From: Bdellovibrionota bacterium
GTDB lineage: Bacteria > Bdellovibrionota_C > UBA2361 > OMII01
Length of the DNA stretch: 11,054 nt
NCBI GenBank assembly: GCA_044356215.1
Contig: JBIKWQ010000091.1
Span: forward strand, 1-11,054
Direction of reading: 5' to 3'
Each line of letters opens with the position of its first letter. Position 1 is the stretch's first letter. Shown here in pieces: positions 6,916-11,054 of the stretch. The position numbers were made by a program, and so were the translations under genes. The notes under the pieces are model-generated. The model was not told the origin of the DNA. It saw only the letters and a program-made list of their open reading frames with translations, and ran no database searches.

Positions 6916-7356
6916 CTACGTCGCAGTTATGCCTCTCTTTTGTAAAGCACCACGACCAGCCCTCATAAAAACAACTCCATTTGGCGCCTCCTGAAAGCCC
7001 CATTTCCGATAGAGACTTACTAATTCCGGCTGACAATAGAGCTCAAAATCCGAGACTCGTGAAAGCTCCTCGTGCTCCAACAACGCCTCAATTAACAACC
7101 GACACACCCCTCTGTTTCTGTGCTCAGGGGCCACAATTACGTCAACAATAATAGCCTTAAAAACGCCATCCGTTATCGCTCTCGCGAATCCAACTAATTG
7201 GCCCTCTGAGTCGCGCGCGCCAACACACACGGAACCTTGCAACATCTTATTAATCGATTCGAGATCTCGGTCCTTTGTCCACCAAGCCAGGCTAAATAGC
7301 TGCTTGATTAGGCTTACTGAATCATGGCTGAAGTTGGAGATTACTCGATAGATCAC
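6916..7356 (-). CDS. GNAT-family N-acetyltransferase, 146 aa
   Basis: LVGFARAITDG, IVDVIVAPEHRNRGVCRLLI (acetyl-CoA-binding motif A), LYRKWGF. GTG start. Confidence 0.92.
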   Translation of the reverse strand: MIYRVISNFSHDSVSLIKQLFSLAWWTKDRDLESINKMLQGSVCVGARDSEGQLVGFARAITDGVFKAIIVDVIVAPEHRNRGVCRLLIEALLEHEELSRVSDFELYCQPELVSLYRKWGFQEAPNGVVFMRAGRGALQKRGITAT

Positions 7357-7407
7357 TTTGACTTGCTCTAAGCTCTAAAAATATACCCTTCAAATATGTT
7401 CCTGCCC

Positions 7408-8541
7408 TTACACTAATCCATTAAGATACATCAGACACGGTAAAACTCTTATGCCCTCTTTAGTTTGATACTCACGAGAGCCCTGAGGCGTTTGTTTTAA
7501 TCCGTCTCCGTATAAGTAAAGCTGAATAGCGTCTACCTCCGGAAATTTACTTTTGAAATACCGCAAAGATCTCGTTGGGTCGCTATCACTAAGCTTCACC
7601 TCGATGGCAACCACAGGTTTCCGCCGCTCGGTGATAATGAAATCAACTTCACGCTGCTCCTGATCACGAAAGTAATTTAGCTCCAGCTCCAATCCTCTTG
7701 TGTCCCGTTGATACTGGACCCACTTGAGTAGATGTATAGCCACGCAATTCTCTAATCGAGCGCCGGGATCCTGAACCACCGACCAATCAAAATGATAGTG
7801 CTTCATCTCTTTCTTTATGGCTCGGATCCTGGGAGATCCAAATGGAGCCAACCTAATGATGAAATAGAACCTCTCAAGGACTTCCAGCCACCTGGCTAAA
7901 GTTGTATGAGCTACCTGAAGATCCTCGCGTAGAGCATTAACCGACAGTGGGCTCCCCACCAATTCGGGAAGTCTTAAAGCCAGCAGCTCTAACTTACCTA
8001 GATCTGATATCTGCTCAAGTGAGGTAATCTCCTCCGAGATCAATCTCGACCTGTAATCTATCGACCACCGTTTCGCGAAGACTCGATCCTTTGAGTAGTA
8101 AGGCTCTGGAAAACCACTAAGGTCAATAAGATCATTAAGGCCCTCTAAAGAGCTAATCCCCAGCTCGCGACATGAAAGAGGATTGAGTCGTAACAAGTGG
8201 TACCTTCCCTGCAACGAATCTCCTCCGAATCGATAGACATCCAGTTTCGCACTACCTGTAACTAAAATGCGCAGCTCTTTACCACGTTCATCGTAAAGGC
8301 CCTTAAGGTAATTACGCCACTGACGGTATTTATGAATTTCATCGAGAACTAGGAGCCCCGAAGAGGGAAGCGTTCTCCGCAGGATTAGATCCCTGTCGCC
8401 TGGTATATCCCAATTGAGGTAGAGATCCACATCCTGACAGAGCTCCCTTGCCAGGGTGGTTTTGCCCACCTGCCGCGGTCCAGCCAGAAAAACCATCTTT
8501 CTAGTCAAATCTTTCTTAATATTTTCAGATAAATAGCGCAT
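7408..8541 (-). CDS. AAA_14 ATPase + DUF4143 (PD-(D/E)xK-like) protein, intact, 377 aa
   Basis: Walker A GPRQVGKT; Walker B LVLDEIH; LVTGSA; SLQGR; GFPEP; HTH-like LSVNALREDLQVAHTTLARWLEVLE; YFRD...REVDFI...AIEVK. ATG 8541 preferred to TTG 8580, which coincides with a -35 box. Confidence 0.92.
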   Translation of the reverse strand: MRYLSENIKKDLTRKMVFLAGPRQVGKTTLARELCQDVDLYLNWDIPGDRDLILRRTLPSSGLLVLDEIHKYRQWRNYLKGLYDERGKELRILVTGSAKLDVYRFGGDSLQGRYHLLRLNPLSCRELGISSLEGLNDLIDLSGFPEPYYSKDRVFAKRWSIDYRSRLISEEITSLEQISDLGKLELLALRLPELVGSPLSVNALREDLQVAHTTLARWLEVLERFYFIIRLAPFGSPRIRAIKKEMKHYHFDWSVVQDPGARLENCVAIHLLKWVQYQRDTRGLELELNYFRDQEQREVDFIITERRKPVVAIEVKLSDSDPTRSLRYFKSKFPEVDAIQLYLYGDGLKQTPQGSREYQTKEGIRVLPCLMYLNGLV

Positions 8542-8551
8542 TACTCCTATA

Positions 8552-8602
8552 ATTTTAACCCGACTTAAAAAATAGAGCAAGAAATTTTAGGTTGGGTTAA
8601 AA
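8552..8602 (-). promoter_or_regulatory. Promoter of ATPase gene 2 overlapped by an 18-bp inverted repeat (operator candidate)
   Basis: Minus strand TTGCTC (8580-8575), 17-nt spacer, TAAAAT (8557-8552). Arms TTTTAACCCGACTTAAAA (8553-8570) and TTTTAGGTTGGGTTAAAA (8585-8602) are 16/18 complementary. Confidence 0.65.
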
Positions 8603-8840
8603 AAAAAGGAGCTGCAAGCAATAAATCCCAGCAATCAATCCATAGTGCTTCACTCCCCGGCTCCACGGGCGCGCCGCGCTCCGAATGCAAGACCTTACTG
8701 CCTCTATTCCACCGCCCGATATATCAATACTCTGTCTCCCGTGGTGGCGGATAACTTAAGCTCGGAACCGTTTAACTCGAGGGTGTTGTTCATGAGCAAT
8801 TGAGAACTATCGATCTTAGACTCTGGCAATATCAAGGAGA

Positions 8841-9791
8841 CTAGTCCTTCTCTGTTGTCCATGCATCGTCCATCGACGTCCCTCTAGGAATATTTATATT
8901 GCTGTATGATCCAAGAATACTACTAGAGTCCCAGCTCGTGATTTCAGACGCGCCTCCGCTATTTCCAAGTTCAACTAATGTTGCCTCTTCCATTGGAAGA
9001 ATTGGATATGACAAAAGCTCAGCCCCTCTCCACCCCTGCTCACTTAACTTTTGCGTCTCGTCAGTTTCTGTATCCTGCGTCAACAATCTTACGAATACTT
9101 GAGATGCCTCCAAAGGCTCACCTTTAAAAAATTCTAGGTATATCCCATGATTAGGACTTGATCCATTGAAAGGATCAGGAACAACAGTAACCGCAGAGAG
9201 GTTGCCAAATCCGCATTTTCGCCGCACGTGAGTGATTGATAGTTCGCTAGCTGCCTCAATAATATCGCATCTTAATGCAAATGCCTGTCCCGACTCAGAT
9301 GGCCGATTATTCAGCAAGTCGGAGATTGAGCTGTCGTATTTTTTCTGAAGACTATTAAAAAAGGCTCGGCTCGTGGCAGAGGAATCATTGTGCATCAAAG
9401 CTGGAAGCCTAAAGACACTATCTCCCTTGGTCTCGTACATAGACAGAACATGTTCTAGGCACGCATGATACAATCCAAGTCCCCGAAGGTCTTTGTGTAA
9501 AGAGATATCAAACCTAAGGGTACCTTGATAATAGCCATGGGACACAGAACCAAGGATATCATCGCCAACGCGAATGTGAATGGTGGGCGCGCCGTTAGGA
9601 CGCCCACACCCGACTCGCTGCAAGGTCTGCTCATATGTTTCCAAAATAATTGGATGAGCCTCGGGATTCCTCTCCTGCAGCCTTTCGTTGATTTTTTTCC
9701 AGGTTTCATATGCAGGAGGTTTCAGATCCGGCGGTGTTGACAGCTCTGGTTTTCCTGATATATCAGCCCAAACTTCACGAAAACTACCCAT
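8841..9791 (-). CDS. Hypothetical protein, 316 aa, with a GNAT-like segment
   Basis: ATG preceded by GAGAGG. The segment DDILGSVSHG...FDISLHKDLRGLGLYHACLEHV resembles GNAT beta3-beta4-motif A. Confidence 0.65.
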   Translation of the reverse strand: MGSFREVWADISGKPELSTPPDLKPPAYETWKKINERLQERNPEAHPIILETYEQTLQRVGCGRPNGAPTIHIRVGDDILGSVSHGYYQGTLRFDISLHKDLRGLGLYHACLEHVLSMYETKGDSVFRLPALMHNDSSATSRAFFNSLQKKYDSSISDLLNNRPSESGQAFALRCDIIEAASELSITHVRRKCGFGNLSAVTVVPDPFNGSSPNHGIYLEFFKGEPLEASQVFVRLLTQDTETDETQKLSEQGWRGAELLSYPILPMEEATLVELGNSGGASEITSWDSSSILGSYSNINIPRGTSMDDAWTTEKD

Positions 9792-10047
9792 AAGACCTCT
9801 CTATAAATTTTACTATTACGATCTTCAATATAAAGTCGGCTGGTCGACTTTTTAGTAGCGCCACCCACGTCATGCAAACAGTTATGCGAGGTTATAAAAT
9901 ATATGTGACTTAATACTGATTCGATTGTGAATATTGCCAGTTGAGACAGCTGGGCTAAGAAGAAAATCATTTAACAATATGAGCAAACAACCTGCTGATT
10001 GAATAAGTCGAGAGGGCGGTCTGCCCAGTTTCCATACAGCTTCCAAG

Positions 10048-10090
10048 AAAAAAGCTGCATGCGGAGATTTAGCGTCTACCCATGCAGCTT
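10048..10090 (-). terminator. Probable intrinsic terminator of the 10123-10878 gene
   Basis: Perfect 10-bp inverted repeat AAGCTGCATG (10052-10061) / CATGCAGCTT (10081-10090) running into a T-tract on the minus strand, about 30 nt after the stop codon. The loop is long (19 nt) but can partly pair. Confidence 0.55.
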
Positions 10091-10122
10091 GAAGGAATAC
10101 CCAAACTAGGGACAAATTATCT

Positions 10123-10878
10123 CTATTGGTCAGTCAGCCTGATAATCTCAGTACATTCAGAGAAGCTCTTGCCTTCGCCCCGTTTAACCCTATCTAAAAC
10201 CAAAGATCCGTCACTGGAAAATGCCATGGTTGAGGTGTAGGAATTCTCAACTGACCAGTCGATTGTTTTCTGTCCCAATGGGCCGAACTCTACGGTTTTC
10301 AGCTCATGCTTGTTCCTCATAGACAAAAGCAATCTAGTTCCGTCATTGTTTAGTGCCATACTGTCTATCAACTCATTAGGAAGTTGAACTTGCCAGGATT
10401 CTATTGCTCTTAGGCAAGCATCGGCTTTCAGGCCTTGAGGTATAACATAGAGCGCTGCATCCAAAAATCCATGGATGGTCGGGGCCACCAGAGCCATTCG
10501 ATTTCCGTCACTGCTAAAGGCGATTCTACTATTTTCTGTAACTATGTCCTCATTGTCATCACGGACACGCTCGAGCTTTAATAGATCTGATGTTTGCGCC
10601 GTAGAGCGTATTACGAGTTGACCACTTTCCTCTTTAATGACCGCAATAGCATCGTTTTGTCGAGCTTTTATAGACACAATCTCTCCCGTCACAGGCGTGC
10701 TCCCAACAAAATTAAGCTGTCCATCCTGAGCTACTTCGAACTGCATGATATTATTGCTGATTACCAAAGCAACTCTATCGCCGTCGGAAGAGGTACTTAA
10801 AAACCCTGGAGCACCGCTAAGACTTTCCTTCGTTTTGCGAGCTAATTCGACCATCTGCGGAATTAATTTTTGGCTCAA
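10123..10878 (-). CDS. Hypothetical beta-propeller (WD40/YVTN-like) protein, 251 aa
   Basis: Recurrent blade motifs STSSDGDRVALV, IAFSSDGNRMALV, MALNNDGTRLLL and MAFSSDGSLVL. TTG start with GAGG upstream. Confidence 0.7.
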   Translation of the reverse strand: MSQKLIPQMVELARKTKESLSGAPGFLSTSSDGDRVALVISNNIMQFEVAQDGQLNFVGSTPVTGEIVSIKARQNDAIAVIKEESGQLVIRSTAQTSDLLKLERVRDDNEDIVTENSRIAFSSDGNRMALVAPTIHGFLDAALYVIPQGLKADACLRAIESWQVQLPNELIDSMALNNDGTRLLLSMRNKHELKTVEFGPLGQKTIDWSVENSYTSTMAFSSDGSLVLDRVKRGEGKSFSECTEIIRLTDQ

Positions 10879-10971
10879 ATCGAAACCCTCTTCTAATAGA
10901 ATTTCGGGATTTTTTATTATTCCTTCAAGAGGATGTCCTAATTCCCGTTGAAATTAAGAGATTGAGTGGTA

Positions 10972-11002
10972 ATCGATAATAGGCTAATAGCTTGTTATCA
11001 AT
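10972..11002. promoter_or_regulatory. Imperfect palindrome in the divergent intergenic region (operator candidate)
   Basis: ATCGATAATAGGCTA-A-TAGCTTGTTATCAAT: 12 of 15 positions are Watson-Crick symmetric. Confidence 0.4.
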
Positions 11003-11036
11003 ACAGAAACTAACCTTAAATAAGGAGTACCACTCA

Positions 11037-11054
11037 ATGAGAAAGTTACGTTCA
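11037..11054 (+). CDS. Start of a gene running off the window (MRKLRS...)
   Basis: Strong Shine-Dalgarno TAAGGAG (11021-11027) 9 nt before ATG 11037. Only 6 codons are visible. Confidence 0.5.

Noticed and set aside
8610..8792. Possible decayed gene on the minus strand (ATG 8792: MNNTLELNGSELKLSATTGDRVLIYRAVE*), GC-richer than its flanks
   Set aside because: Only 29 codons and no family assignment I can support. A tBLASTx search would be needed.
8899..10115. Small ORFs 8899-9102, 9455-9709, 9525-9740, 9722-9970 and 9882-10115
   Set aside because: They overlap the 316-aa gene or run through terminator/promoter sequence, with no motifs.
10594..10951. Plus-strand 68-aa ORFs 10594-10800 and 10745-10951
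   Set aside because: Antisense to the propeller-like gene, with no RBS or motif support.

Overview
Bacterial window with three parts. (1) Housekeeping block, 1424-4369: pyruvate/2-oxoacid dehydrogenase E2 (pdhC-type), lipA and an RsmI-like SAM methyltransferase, transcribed divergently from a hypothetical gene whose 3' end looks replaced by unrelated sequence near the window start. (2) Accessory hotspot, about 4290-8600. It reads as two tandem versions of one slot, each opened by the same 83-bp 3' end of the methyltransferase gene and closed by the 3' end of a convergent GNAT gene. Slot 1 holds a 299-bp IS5-type MITE (TTAG target duplication, whole-element fold-back, nested REP-like palindromes) and a VapBC-type toxin-antitoxin pair. 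Slot 2 holds an AAA_14/DUF4143-type ATPase-nuclease whose Walker A motif has been deleted. An intact GNAT and a second, intact AAA_14/DUF4143 paralogue follow on the minus strand. Both ATPase genes have an inverted repeat at their promoter or start. (3) Two minus-strand orphan genes (a divergent GNAT-like protein and a beta-propeller-like protein) and the first codons of a divergent gene at the right edge. All calls come from reading motifs by eye. No database searches were run.
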